DNA of 64,000 nt from Bacilli bacterium (GTDB taxonomy: Bacteria; Bacillota_I; Bacilli_A; RFN20; CAG-826), in contig JBAYBM010000005.1 of assembly GCA_041669265.1 (NCBI GenBank), forward strand, positions 1,444-65,443, written 5' to 3'. A program made the position numbers and the translations under genes. The notes under the pieces are model-generated. The model was not told the origin of the DNA and did no database searches. It saw nothing but the letters and a program-made list of their open reading frames with translations. Numbering within the stretch: position 1 is the stretch's first letter; each line of letters begins with the position of its first letter. Below, in pieces: positions 19,100 to 27,720 of the stretch.

Positions 19100-19128
19100 A
19101 TACTACTATGTAACCGCTTACATTTCAA
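19100..19128 (-). promoter_or_regulatory. sigmaA-type promoter with embedded cre (CcpA) box
   Basis: Minus strand reads TTGAAA-17 nt-TAGTAT. The 17-nt spacer contains TGTAAGCGGTTACA (19109-19122), a perfect match to TGWAANCGNTNWCA. Confidence 0.6.
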
Positions 19129-19265
19129 GCAAAATATTTACTTTTTCTTTACATTTAAAATTATCTATTGAATTATTTTTGTTATTTTATTCGATTATAA
19201 CGTATATTTTTAATACTTACATTTTTTTACTTAATTATTAAGTTTTATAAAAAATGTAATGATAA

Positions 19266-20936
19266 CTAAAAGTGAATTATGAAATCCGAGCCCTCATTTA
19301 TTTTAGTTTTTACTTCAATTTTTAGATTATAATATTCCATTATTCTCTTAACAATTGATAAGCCTATGCCACTAGAATCTGAATCTCTATTTCTGCCTTT
19401 ATCAACCATATAAAAACGATCAAATATTTTATCAATTTCAGATTGTTTCATTCCTATTCCAGTATCTCTTATAGATAAAGTTCTATCATTAGCATTAGAA
19501 ATTATCTCTATTAATCCACCCTTTTTATTATACTTAACGGCATTTAAAATTATATTTCTTAACAATTTGTCTAAATCATCATGATTCATTTTAATAATAA
19601 AGTCTTCAAGTTTTGTTTTAACTACTATTTTCTTCTCTTGAATTTCAAAATTTAAAGAATCTAATATTGCAGTTATATATTTGCTAACGCTATGTTCACT
19701 AACAGAGATAACATCTAAATTACGGCTATTTTCCATCATATATTTTACAATGCCCTTCATTCTTTGAGCTTCTTTTAAAGTTCGGGTGTTGGCATCTTCT
19801 AATTCATCTTTACTTGATATTATTCCTTCTTTAATCATTTCTTGATAACCTAAAATTGAAGTTAAAGGACTCTTTAATTCATGGGAAGCATTGGCAAAGA
19901 AATCTCGTTGCATTTCATCTGCGTTCTTTTGAGAAGTTATATCATACATAAAAACAAGACAACCTAACTTATTCTCTTCTTTACTCCATTGATAATTTAT
20001 AGAACTAAATTCAAACATATAATCACGATCATTTATTTGAATATCAAAATGAGGTGCTTTATCTTTATTAATTACTTTTTCTACTGATTTATAAAATCTG
20101 TCATCTAATTCAATATTTTTATAATTCCAATTAATTATTTGTTTTTTATCAACTTTTAATAAATTTGCAGCTTCGTTATTAATCATAATAACTTTAGAAT
20201 TTCCGCTTATAACAATGATTCCTTGTGTTAAAGAGTTAATAATAAAATCTAGTTTTTCTCTTGACTCGTTAGTTTCTTTTAATTGTTTTTCAAATTCATA
20301 ACCTACTTTATCAATTGATTCTCCTAAAGACTTCAAGGAATATGATTCATTTTGATCAGGAACTTTTTGAACTATTCCCTGTAATCTTGTAATAGTCATC
20401 TTTAAAGGTAATAAAGATTTCTTAAAATTAAAGAAAGAATAAGCCATAAAAAGAATGTCTAAAATTAAAAAACCAGAAACACCAAAATATAACATCATCA
20501 TACTTGTTTTTTCTGAATCGCTTCTTGGAAATCCTACTCTAATATATAAACCACTATCTGTATCGTAACTTGCGTGGTAGACCATATCTGCATTTATTGT
20601 GTCACTATATTGATAATATGTTTTATCAAGATTTTCTAAAACTACTGCAAAACCCCCTTCGATTTCTGGGAAAGGCCTTGTATCAGCTATTGGAGTATCA
20701 TTGTTCTCTTCATAAATAGATACTCTAAAATTATCAATTAATGAAAATTCAATTATTACATCATCAGCATTTCTTTCACTAATTAACTCACTACTAACTT
20801 GTTGTGAATATGAATTTAAAGATGTAGCTATTTCACTTCTATTCATATTTAAAATAGCAAAAAAAGATATAAAGTAGATTATTGCTGTTATTACAAAAAA
20901 TATTATGTTTTGTGTAATAATTCTTTTTTTGTCCAT
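19266..20936 (-). CDS. sensor histidine kinase (2 TM, extracellular loop, PAS, HisKA, HATPase)
   Basis: H-box FFANASHELKSPLTSILGY and G-boxes IRDTGIGM / GIGLSIV. The start overlaps the RR stop by 1 nt. Confidence 0.85.
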   Translation of the reverse strand: MDKKRIITQNIIFFVITAIIYFISFFAILNMNRSEIATSLNSYSQQVSSELISERNADDVIIEFSLIDNFRVSIYEENNDTPIADTRPFPEIEGGFAVVLENLDKTYYQYSDTINADMVYHASYDTDSGLYIRVGFPRSDSEKTSMMMLYFGVSGFLILDILFMAYSFFNFKKSLLPLKMTITRLQGIVQKVPDQNESYSLKSLGESIDKVGYEFEKQLKETNESREKLDFIINSLTQGIIVISGNSKVIMINNEAANLLKVDKKQIINWNYKNIELDDRFYKSVEKVINKDKAPHFDIQINDRDYMFEFSSINYQWSKEENKLGCLVFMYDITSQKNADEMQRDFFANASHELKSPLTSILGYQEMIKEGIISSKDELEDANTRTLKEAQRMKGIVKYMMENSRNLDVISVSEHSVSKYITAILDSLNFEIQEKKIVVKTKLEDFIIKMNHDDLDKLLRNIILNAVKYNKKGGLIEIISNANDRTLSIRDTGIGMKQSEIDKIFDRFYMVDKGRNRDSDSSGIGLSIVKRIMEYYNLKIEVKTKINEGSDFIIHF

Positions 20937-21589
20937 TAATTCAACCTGTAACCAACTCCATAAATTGATTCAATTATTTTTTGGTTATCATCACCAATTT
21001 TATTTCTAATAGATTTAATATGCATATCTAAAGCTCTTGAATTAGAATCAGTTTCACCTAAAGATGAGCGGTTTACTATTTCACCAGCATTATTTGCCAA
21101 AATCTCAATAATTTGTAATTCTTTATTTGTTAATTTTATTTCTTTGTTTCCTTTAAAAATAAGGTGATTATTAATATCTATTTTTAAGTATTTAGTTTCT
21201 ATCATTTTCTTTTTATCGTGTCTACGATATTTAGAATTTACTCTTGAAATTAATTCCATAACATCAAATGGTTTTTCAATATAATCATCTGCTCCTAAGT
21301 CAAGTCCATCAACCTTATCAACGATTAATCTATTTGCACTAATAATAATTATCTCGATGTCATCGTTATTTGGGTTATCTCTAACTTTTGTAAGAATCTC
21401 TTTTCCTTGAATCCCGGGAAGCATCATATCTAATAAAATCATATTTGGTTTTCTATGTGCAAAAAACTCTAAAAATGATTCCCCATCATAAAATGTTTCT
21501 ACTTCATATCCTTGCTTAGATAAAGATAAATTAATGATATGCGCGATATCTTTATCATCTTCAATAGAGCAAATTAAATAATCTTTCAT
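20936..21589 (-). CDS. OmpR/PhoB-family response regulator
   Basis: Receiver domain (IEDD.., LLDMMLPG, K in EKPF) plus a winged-helix C-terminus ending YGVGYRLN. Confidence 0.9.
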   Translation of the reverse strand: MKDYLICSIEDDKDIAHIINLSLSKQGYEVETFYDGESFLEFFAHRKPNMILLDMMLPGIQGKEILTKVRDNPNNDDIEIIIISANRLIVDKVDGLDLGADDYIEKPFDVMELISRVNSKYRRHDKKKMIETKYLKIDINNHLIFKGNKEIKLTNKELQIIEILANNAGEIVNRSSLGETDSNSRALDMHIKSIRNKIGDDNQKIIESIYGVGYRLN

Positions 21590-21658
21590 ATAATGATTAT
21601 ATAATTAATAAAGCAAATTGTAATGAAATATTTACATTTTGATTGCTATAATATATTT

Positions 21659-23023
21659 ATGAATAAAAAGAAAATAGTTTATTTACTTTTATTATCTACA
21701 TTTACCACCTCTTTCTTAGTCAGTGGCTGTTCTTCTAATTCTAATTTATCTGTTGAAGATATAATTTCTCAAGCAGAAAAAATGGATCGAGCAGAACTAT
21801 ATAAAAAGGCTATGGAAGAACTTGGTAATAATACAATGTATGCTATCGGAAATTCTTCTAGATGTAATACAGCAAAAGATTATTTTTTAAATTATCTTAA
21901 AGGTAAAACATATGATAGTAATACTAAATTGTATGTAGATTCGACTGATATCCAAAACGAATTTAAATATTATAATCCTGATTTTGCCGGCAAAATTGAA
22001 TACAATCAACCAATAAACAATAAGATATTTTCTTATATTTCAAGTGATGTAAGAAGTTCATCACATCTTTTATCAATGACATTAATCCAAGATGGAAATC
22101 AAATTCAATCAAAGATGTTAGATACAGACTATTTATTAAATTATATTCCTAAAGAATGGGAAGGTGATGAAGCTACAAATGGGCAACCTTTAGCACTTCA
22201 ATCACTTAATAAAATTTTTGAATTTAATAATTTAGGTGGAAAAGAATATAAGAATGTATGGGATTTTGTAAACGAAGAAAGTAATCCTTATTTTATGAAT
22301 ATTATAAATGAACCAGTTGGTAAAAACTTTTTATATATGCTTACAAGCGAGCATTATTCTTCAATAATGCAAGATGCATTTGAAAAATACACGGGGAATG
22401 ATAAAGATATTATTAACGATGAAATAAATAGTCTTTCAAACGATGTCAAAACATTAGGTTTAACAAACGAGAACGCTAAATATTCTTTGGCATTTATTAA
22501 ACGATTTAAAAACCAAAGTGACACCCGCTCTTTTAACGATGACACTCCAATATGTAACTATTTAGTAAAAAAAGAAGCAGCTGGAAAATCTGCATTAATT
22601 GTTTATTCTAAATTAAGAACAGTTTATGAAACTGAAGAAGCATCTAGTAAAAATATAACAGTAGCAGCATACCAAGATGATTATGTTGGAATTGGTGGAT
22701 ATATGTATAAACATTATCTTCAAATAGTAAAAACATGTCCATATCCATGGACTGCATGTGCTTTAATTAATTTTATCTCCACCACTCAATATGGCTTTTC
22801 TCCATGGGGGAAAGATATTGGTGGATATTGTAGTGATCCTTCTGCAAATAAAGATCATAGTCAAGATGGCTATATTGATGGAGAAAATGTATATCCATGT
22901 AAAAATGATAAAGGCTATGATTGGTGGACCAACCAAGATACAGGTGGAAAAATGGTCATTGAAGACCCAAAATATTGTGCAAAAGTTGATTATTTACTTG
23001 GTGAATGGATAAATAGTATATAA
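21659..23023 (+). CDS. orphan substrate-binding lipoprotein, paralogue of 17692-19002
   Basis: MNKKKIVYLLLLSTFTTSFLVSGC lipoprotein signal. Long blocks are shared with the other binding protein (MTLIQDGNQI, YLLNYIPKEW, PLALQSLNK, NVWDFV, EPVGKNFLYMLT, VAAYQD.YVG.GG.MYKHYLQI.KT.PYPWT.CALINF, DHSQDGY.DG, KNDKGYDWWT). The track start at 21623 has no RBS. Confidence 0.7.
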   Translation: MNKKKIVYLLLLSTFTTSFLVSGCSSNSNLSVEDIISQAEKMDRAELYKKAMEELGNNTMYAIGNSSRCNTAKDYFLNYLKGKTYDSNTKLYVDSTDIQNEFKYYNPDFAGKIEYNQPINNKIFSYISSDVRSSSHLLSMTLIQDGNQIQSKMLDTDYLLNYIPKEWEGDEATNGQPLALQSLNKIFEFNNLGGKEYKNVWDFVNEESNPYFMNIINEPVGKNFLYMLTSEHYSSIMQDAFEKYTGNDKDIINDEINSLSNDVKTLGLTNENAKYSLAFIKRFKNQSDTRSFNDDTPICNYLVKKEAAGKSALIVYSKLRTVYETEEASSKNITVAAYQDDYVGIGGYMYKHYLQIVKTCPYPWTACALINFISTTQYGFSPWGKDIGGYCSDPSANKDHSQDGYIDGENVYPCKNDKGYDWWTNQDTGGKMVIEDPKYCAKVDYLLGEWINSI

Positions 23024-23026
23024 AAA

Positions 23027-23049
23027 GAAACGATATTATCTATCGTTTC
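23027..23049 (-). terminator. terminator overlapping the 3' end of the macro-domain gene
   Basis: GAAACGATA-TTATC-TATCGTTTC, followed by TTTTTA on the minus strand. The stop codon sits in the loop. Confidence 0.6.
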
Positions 23050-23932
23050 CTAATGATGCATAATTATACTTAAATAATGCTCTATTGATATCAAATATAT
23101 TGTAATTTTTTGAATCTAAATAGAAACAAACAATTAAATCAGGTATGAAATTATCTTCTAATTTAAAACCTTTACTAACTAACAAATCATTTAATTCTTG
23201 TTTATTAAGTTCTAAAGCAACACCAATTGATATAATATCGTTCTTTTCAATATCATTTACTGAATCATTTAAAATATTATTTAAATACTCTTCTCTAATA
23301 TTTGCTTTATAACTTAATTCATTTAATGGGATTTTCTTCTTTTCAATATCTTCTTTTAATAATGTTAAAAAGTCATTTTTATTAGAATTAACTAAATTAA
23401 AGGTTTGGTTATTAATAATATAGGTAGTTAAATTTTGTTGTTCTTCTTCATTAAAAAATTCTGGAAAATTCTTATACATAATTAAATATGCGACAAAATC
23501 TGTATGTTTCTTTAAAAAAGTAGAAATAGAGTGTTCAGCAACTAAATAACAATCTTTTAAAGGATAATTAAATTCACCACTTAATAAAGGGAATGCAATT
23601 GTTTTAAAATCATTTTTTAAAGCAATATCTAAACATTTATTGTATGTACTCATTAAGTTTTTTTCTTCGCCATGTTTGCCATTAATATAGATTGGACCAA
23701 CCGCATGAATAATTCCTTTACAATTCTCCATCTTAAAACTTGGAGTCAAAACGGCATCTCCAACGTTACAATGACCAATCTTTTTACAACACATTGAAAG
23801 TTCACGATCTCCAGCTTTATGGAATATTGCTCTTCCAACACCTTCAACCATACTTAGTTTGATGTTACTAGCATTTACTATAGCATCAACTTTCATACTT
23901 ACTAAATCGTCTTTTTTAACAATAAATGGCAT
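23036..23932 (-). CDS. macro domain protein (ADP-ribose binding/hydrolase) with C-terminal HTH-like domain
   Basis: VDAIVNASN...GVGRAIFHKAG...IIHAVGP...IAFPLLSGEF macro motifs in the first ~170 aa. The C-terminal ~120 aa resemble an XRE-type HTH (IPLNELSYKANIREEYLNNIL). The ATG at 23932 follows GAGGA. Confidence 0.75.
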   Translation of the reverse strand: MPFIVKKDDLVSMKVDAIVNASNIKLSMVEGVGRAIFHKAGDRELSMCCKKIGHCNVGDAVLTPSFKMENCKGIIHAVGPIYINGKHGEEKNLMSTYNKCLDIALKNDFKTIAFPLLSGEFNYPLKDCYLVAEHSISTFLKKHTDFVAYLIMYKNFPEFFNEEEQQNLTTYIINNQTFNLVNSNKNDFLTLLKEDIEKKKIPLNELSYKANIREEYLNNILNDSVNDIEKNDIISIGVALELNKQELNDLLVSKGFKLEDNFIPDLIVCFYLDSKNYNIFDINRALFKYNYASLGNDR

Positions 23933-23992
23933 AATACTTAATCCTCGCCCTAAATTATATAAAAAAACATAGTATGTTTTCAAATAAATATA

Positions 23993-25450
23993 TTAGTTTT
24001 GTTGATTATCTATTAAATAATTTCGTGCATTTATGTCCATTTTAGCATCGACCTTCTTTTTTATGATGAAATATTCTATTATTTCAGCAATAAAAGCTAA
24101 TATCCAACTTATAGGATAACAAGCATATAAAACACCTAAACTATGTAATGAACTATCTACATCATTACTATAAACTGTAGCATTCCAAATAATTCTATAA
24201 ATACAGCATGAAAATAAAGTAATTACTAAAGGACTAATTGAATAATTAAGCCCTCTTAAAACTCCACATTCCACATCCATTAATCCACATAAAAAATAAG
24301 TACCTAAAATGACAAATAATCTTTGTTCAGCATATTTATATACGGTTTCATCAAAATTACTACCCATATAGAATTGCATCATTGGATAACGAATTAATAG
24401 TGTAATTCCTCCAACTACTATTCCAATAATAGTAACTAATATTAATGTAATAGCGTTAATTTTACGTATATTTTCCTTTTTTCCTCTACCATAATTTGCA
24501 CTAGTAAAAGAAGATGAAGTTTGACTAACAGCAAACATAGAAGTATAAGTATAACCTTCAAGATTCGATGCATCACTATTTGCAGCCACAACTTCTGGCC
24601 CCCAAGTATTTAAAGAAGATTGTAATATAACATTAGAAATAGAAAATACCATTCCTTGAATTCCACTAGGAACTCCAATTTGTAATATCTCTATTAATTG
24701 ATTTTTATGAATTCTAAGTTCTTTAATTCTAAAATTAATAAAACCAGTGTTTCTTCTTAATAATATTAAACATACTAGAGCACTCACTGCTTCACTAATA
24801 ACAGTAGTCCAAGCAACTCCAGCCACACCAAGATTAAATCCATAAACAAATAAATAATTTAAACCAACATTTAATACACCTGTAATAATAAGGATAAGTA
24901 ATGGTTTTCTAGTATCACCAATTCCTCTAAATGTTGCAGCGCCAAAATTATATATAGCAATAAAAGGCAAACCAACAAAATAAATTTTTAAGTATTGAGT
25001 TGCAAGATCAAGATAAGATGCATCAACATTCATCCAAATAAGAAAATATCTACATAGAAAATAACCAAATATTCCAATAACAATTCCACCTATAATAGCT
25101 AATAATATCGATGTATGTTCGCTTTTTCTTGCATTTAAAGCATCTTTCTTACCATAATACCTAGCAATTACAACATTTGTTCCTGTCGAAATTCCAAGAA
25201 ATCCATTAGTAATTAAAGCTATTAGACTTCCATTTGCACCAACAGCTGCAGCAGCAGTATTTCCATCATGAGATTGGACACATATTAAATCAAAAGATGA
25301 ATATAATAGTTGAAGCACTCCAACAAAAATAATTGGTAAAGTATAGAGAATAATTTTCTTTATCAACTCTTTAGTGTTTCCATTGATTAAATCCATTTCT
25401 GCGTTTTTGAACATAAATTTGTACCAATGCTTAATCATACTCTTATTCAA
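23993..25450 (-). CDS. MATE family efflux transporter
   Basis: 485 aa, about 12 TM, with MATE-like repeats (..RYYGKKD.., ..GIGDTRKPL..). Confidence 0.8.
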   Translation of the reverse strand: MNKSMIKHWYKFMFKNAEMDLINGNTKELIKKIILYTLPIIFVGVLQLLYSSFDLICVQSHDGNTAAAAVGANGSLIALITNGFLGISTGTNVVIARYYGKKDALNARKSEHTSILLAIIGGIVIGIFGYFLCRYFLIWMNVDASYLDLATQYLKIYFVGLPFIAIYNFGAATFRGIGDTRKPLLILIITGVLNVGLNYLFVYGFNLGVAGVAWTTVISEAVSALVCLILLRRNTGFINFRIKELRIHKNQLIEILQIGVPSGIQGMVFSISNVILQSSLNTWGPEVVAANSDASNLEGYTYTSMFAVSQTSSSFTSANYGRGKKENIRKINAITLILVTIIGIVVGGITLLIRYPMMQFYMGSNFDETVYKYAEQRLFVILGTYFLCGLMDVECGVLRGLNYSISPLVITLFSCCIYRIIWNATVYSNDVDSSLHSLGVLYACYPISWILAFIAEIIEYFIIKKKVDAKMDINARNYLIDNQQN

Positions 25451-25613
25451 AAATTAATTAAACAAAAATGATTATAAAAAAGTTTTTTGAAAAAATCTTA
25501 AAAAATTAGGTAATAATCTTACTTTTTTTCTTTTTGAAATTATCTAGTTTTCTATACTATGTTTCCTAAAACTTAAAAACATAGTAATATAAATAAGCGA
25601 AGGATTAATTGTT

Positions 25614-26471
25614 ATGAAAATTTGTATTGTTACTGATTCAAATGTCCATCTAAGTAAAGAAGAAATAGGTAATTTACCTATATATATACTAAGAATGCCA
25701 ATCTTAATTGATGGTGTTCCTTTTTTTGAAGATGAAGATATAGATGAAGCTACTTTCTTTAAAGAATTAGCTTCTAAAGATGTTAGAACTTCACAACCTG
25801 CTCCTCAAGCAGTTTGTGGTTTATGGGATGAATTACTTGAAAAATATGATCAAGTTGTTCACATTCCTTTTTCAAGTGGTTTGAGTTCCTCTACACAAAC
25901 TGCTGCTATGTTAGCAGAAGATTATAAAGGAAAAGTTTTTGTTGTTGATAATCACCGTGTCAGCGTTACTTTAAAGCGTTCAATTTTTGATGCTATTAAT
26001 TTAATTAATGATGGTAAATCTGCAGATGAAATTAAGAAAATTCTAGAAGAAACAAAGGCTGAATCTTCTATTTATATTATGGTTGATACATTAACATATC
26101 TTAAAAAAGGTGGCAGAGTAAATGCTACTGCTGCAGCTATTGGAAACACTATTCACTTAAAACCAATTCTTGAAATTCAAGGCGGTGTTTTAAACCCTGT
26201 TGCTGCTGGACTAGGTACTAAAAAAGCAAAAAAGATTATGATTGAAAAAATTCATAGAGATATTGCTAATAAATTTAAAGATGTTCCTGCTGAAGATTTA
26301 GAAATTGGAATGGCATATACTCATGATTTAAAAGAAGCTAATGTTTTTAAAGAAGAAGTATCAAAAGAATTTAATATTAAAGATATAATTATGGATCCAT
26401 TATCCCTACAAATTAGTGCACATATTGGTCCAGGAGCATTAGCAATTACTGTTAGTAAGATAATTCGTTAG
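25614..26471 (+). CDS. DegV family fatty-acid-binding protein
   Basis: 285 aa with IVTDSN.., RTSQPAP, DNHRVS and YLKKGGR motifs typical of DegV/FakB. Confidence 0.85.
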   Translation: MKICIVTDSNVHLSKEEIGNLPIYILRMPILIDGVPFFEDEDIDEATFFKELASKDVRTSQPAPQAVCGLWDELLEKYDQVVHIPFSSGLSSSTQTAAMLAEDYKGKVFVVDNHRVSVTLKRSIFDAINLINDGKSADEIKKILEETKAESSIYIMVDTLTYLKKGGRVNATAAAIGNTIHLKPILEIQGGVLNPVAAGLGTKKAKKIMIEKIHRDIANKFKDVPAEDLEIGMAYTHDLKEANVFKEEVSKEFNIKDIIMDPLSLQISAHIGPGALAITVSKIIR

Positions 26472-26493
26472 AATATCTAAAAAATAACAAAAT

Positions 26494-26518
26494 AAAAACT
26501 AGGTATTACCTAGTTTTT
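26494..26518. terminator. bidirectional terminator (degV and the small minus-strand gene)
   Basis: AAAAACTAGGT-ATT-ACCTAGTTTTT, with A/T runs on both sides. Confidence 0.8.
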
Positions 26519-26523
26519 TAACT

Positions 26524-26658
26524 TTAAATATTAAAGTTTTTTGGATCGACATAATCCGTAAAAGATTCTACAAAATTCATAAACCCACGTCTATAAGTTG
26601 GTCTATCTTTTTTGGAGAATCTCACTTTTGATGCGATCTTTCTTATGATTTTTGCCAT
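26524..26658 (-). CDS. unannotated 44-aa basic protein
   Basis: Below the ORF-track size cut-off. ATG(26658-26656) MAKIIRKIASKVRFSKKDRPTYRRGFMNFVESFTDYVDPKNFNI TAA(26526-26524). GGAGGA lies 7 nt upstream. It has its own promoter and a terminator 5 nt downstream. Confidence 0.5.
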   Translation of the reverse strand: MAKIIRKIASKVRFSKKDRPTYRRGFMNFVESFTDYVDPKNFNI

Positions 26659-26681
26659 AAGGAAATCCTCCTATCTTTTTT

Positions 26682-26710
26682 AAACATTTAATGGGTTAAA
26701 TTAAATGTTT
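26682..26710 (-). promoter_or_regulatory. perfect 11-bp stem-loop at the predicted 5' end of the small-gene mRNA
   Basis: AAACATTTAAT-GGGTTAA-ATTAAATGTTT. On the minus strand it is followed by A6 and then the SD. Confidence 0.55.
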
Positions 26711-26717
26711 GTCCTCT

Positions 26718-26745
26718 ATATTACCACAGGAAATCTACGAGTCAA
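26718..26745 (-). promoter_or_regulatory. strong sigmaA-type promoter for the small gene
   Basis: Minus strand reads TTGACT-16 nt-TGgTAATAT, an extended -10. Confidence 0.55.
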
Positions 26746-26850
26746 GCACAATATTGTTAAAAATGCTATAAATACACATCATTTAGATAGATTTTTTAAT
26801 GTTTATATATAAAAATTTATTATAATATATCATATATATTGGAGAATCTT

Positions 26851-27720
26851 ATGAACATAATTATAGAATTTAATAAAGAAACAAAAAATGTACGTGAATT
26901 AAGTCAAGCAATTAAAATATTTTTAAAAAAATACATTTCTAACTATTCTTTTACTCTTGTTGGACCAAAAGAACTACTTTTTACAATTAGCGAAGAAAAA
27001 AGAATTAATATAATAGATTTGCAAAATAAAGAAGAAATAATAAATAAAGCCTTAGAGTTATCAAAAGAAAAAGATTCCGCCCTACTTTGTTTTGGTTCGC
27101 CAAAAGAAATTATATCTATTGCTAATAATGCATTAGAATTTAAAAACAAAAACAAATTGTTAGTAACTGGAACTAGTTTTCTTACAAAGGAAGTTAAAAA
27201 ACCTGTCATGTTAGTTAATATAGATAATATCAATGATGAAGGAATCATCTCATATCAAGAAATGAGTAATTTATTTAATGACTATTTAAAGAAAAAAGAT
27301 ACATCTAAAACTAAAACTTTTAAGTTTTTAAAAACCGGAACTGAATTTGATAAAGGAATTAATGATTGCTTTAATAAAGATAATGATTATAAAGGTTTAA
27401 TTGAAATTAAAGATTTACTAAAACCAGAATGTGATTATATTTTGGGTAAAAGTTTACAAATGTCTACCTTTTTAGATACCTTTAATTTAGTATTCCATGC
27501 GGTAAATGATATAGAAAACGATAAAATGAACGACACAACATTAATTAAAATTGGTAAGTCATTAACAAAATCAATTAATATACAAATAGAAAATACATTT
27601 GATAAAAAAACAAGATCATTTGGAACGATCTTGCTTGGTTATTCATATCCAATTATCTTTGCTAAAGATAATGATAATGTAAATAGTTTATTAAATATAT
27701 TTAATACAGTAATTTATTAA
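26851..27720 (+). CDS. hypothetical protein, possibly a divergent PlsX-like fold lacking the conserved GGD motif
   Basis: 289 aa from the ATG at 26851 (GGAG upstream; the track start at 26839 is a TTG). By eye it is collinear with PlsX blocks: ..FTLVGPKE.. vs ITLVGD, DSALLCFGSPKEII vs DACISAGNTGALM, GLIEIKDLL..CDYILG vs GNVEARDLL..DVVVTDG, and LLGYSYPIIFAKDN vs LFGLKAPVIKAHGS. Confidence 0.4.
   Translation: MNIIIEFNKETKNVRELSQAIKIFLKKYISNYSFTLVGPKELLFTISEEKRINIIDLQNKEEIINKALELSKEKDSALLCFGSPKEIISIANNALEFKNKNKLLVTGTSFLTKEVKKPVMLVNIDNINDEGIISYQEMSNLFNDYLKKKDTSKTKTFKFLKTGTEFDKGINDCFNKDNDYKGLIEIKDLLKPECDYILGKSLQMSTFLDTFNLVFHAVNDIENDKMNDTTLIKIGKSLTKSINIQIENTFDKKTRSFGTILLGYSYPIIFAKDNDNVNSLLNIFNTVIY

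Noticed and set aside
21619-21636. Palindrome TGTAA-N8-TTACA between the RR gene and the orphan binding-protein gene, considered as a cre or TnrA/GlnR box.
   Set aside because: The spacing is wrong for both: cre needs a 14-nt site with a central CG, and TnrA/GlnR needs a 17-nt TGTNA-N7-TNACA. It may still be an operator, but it cannot be assigned.
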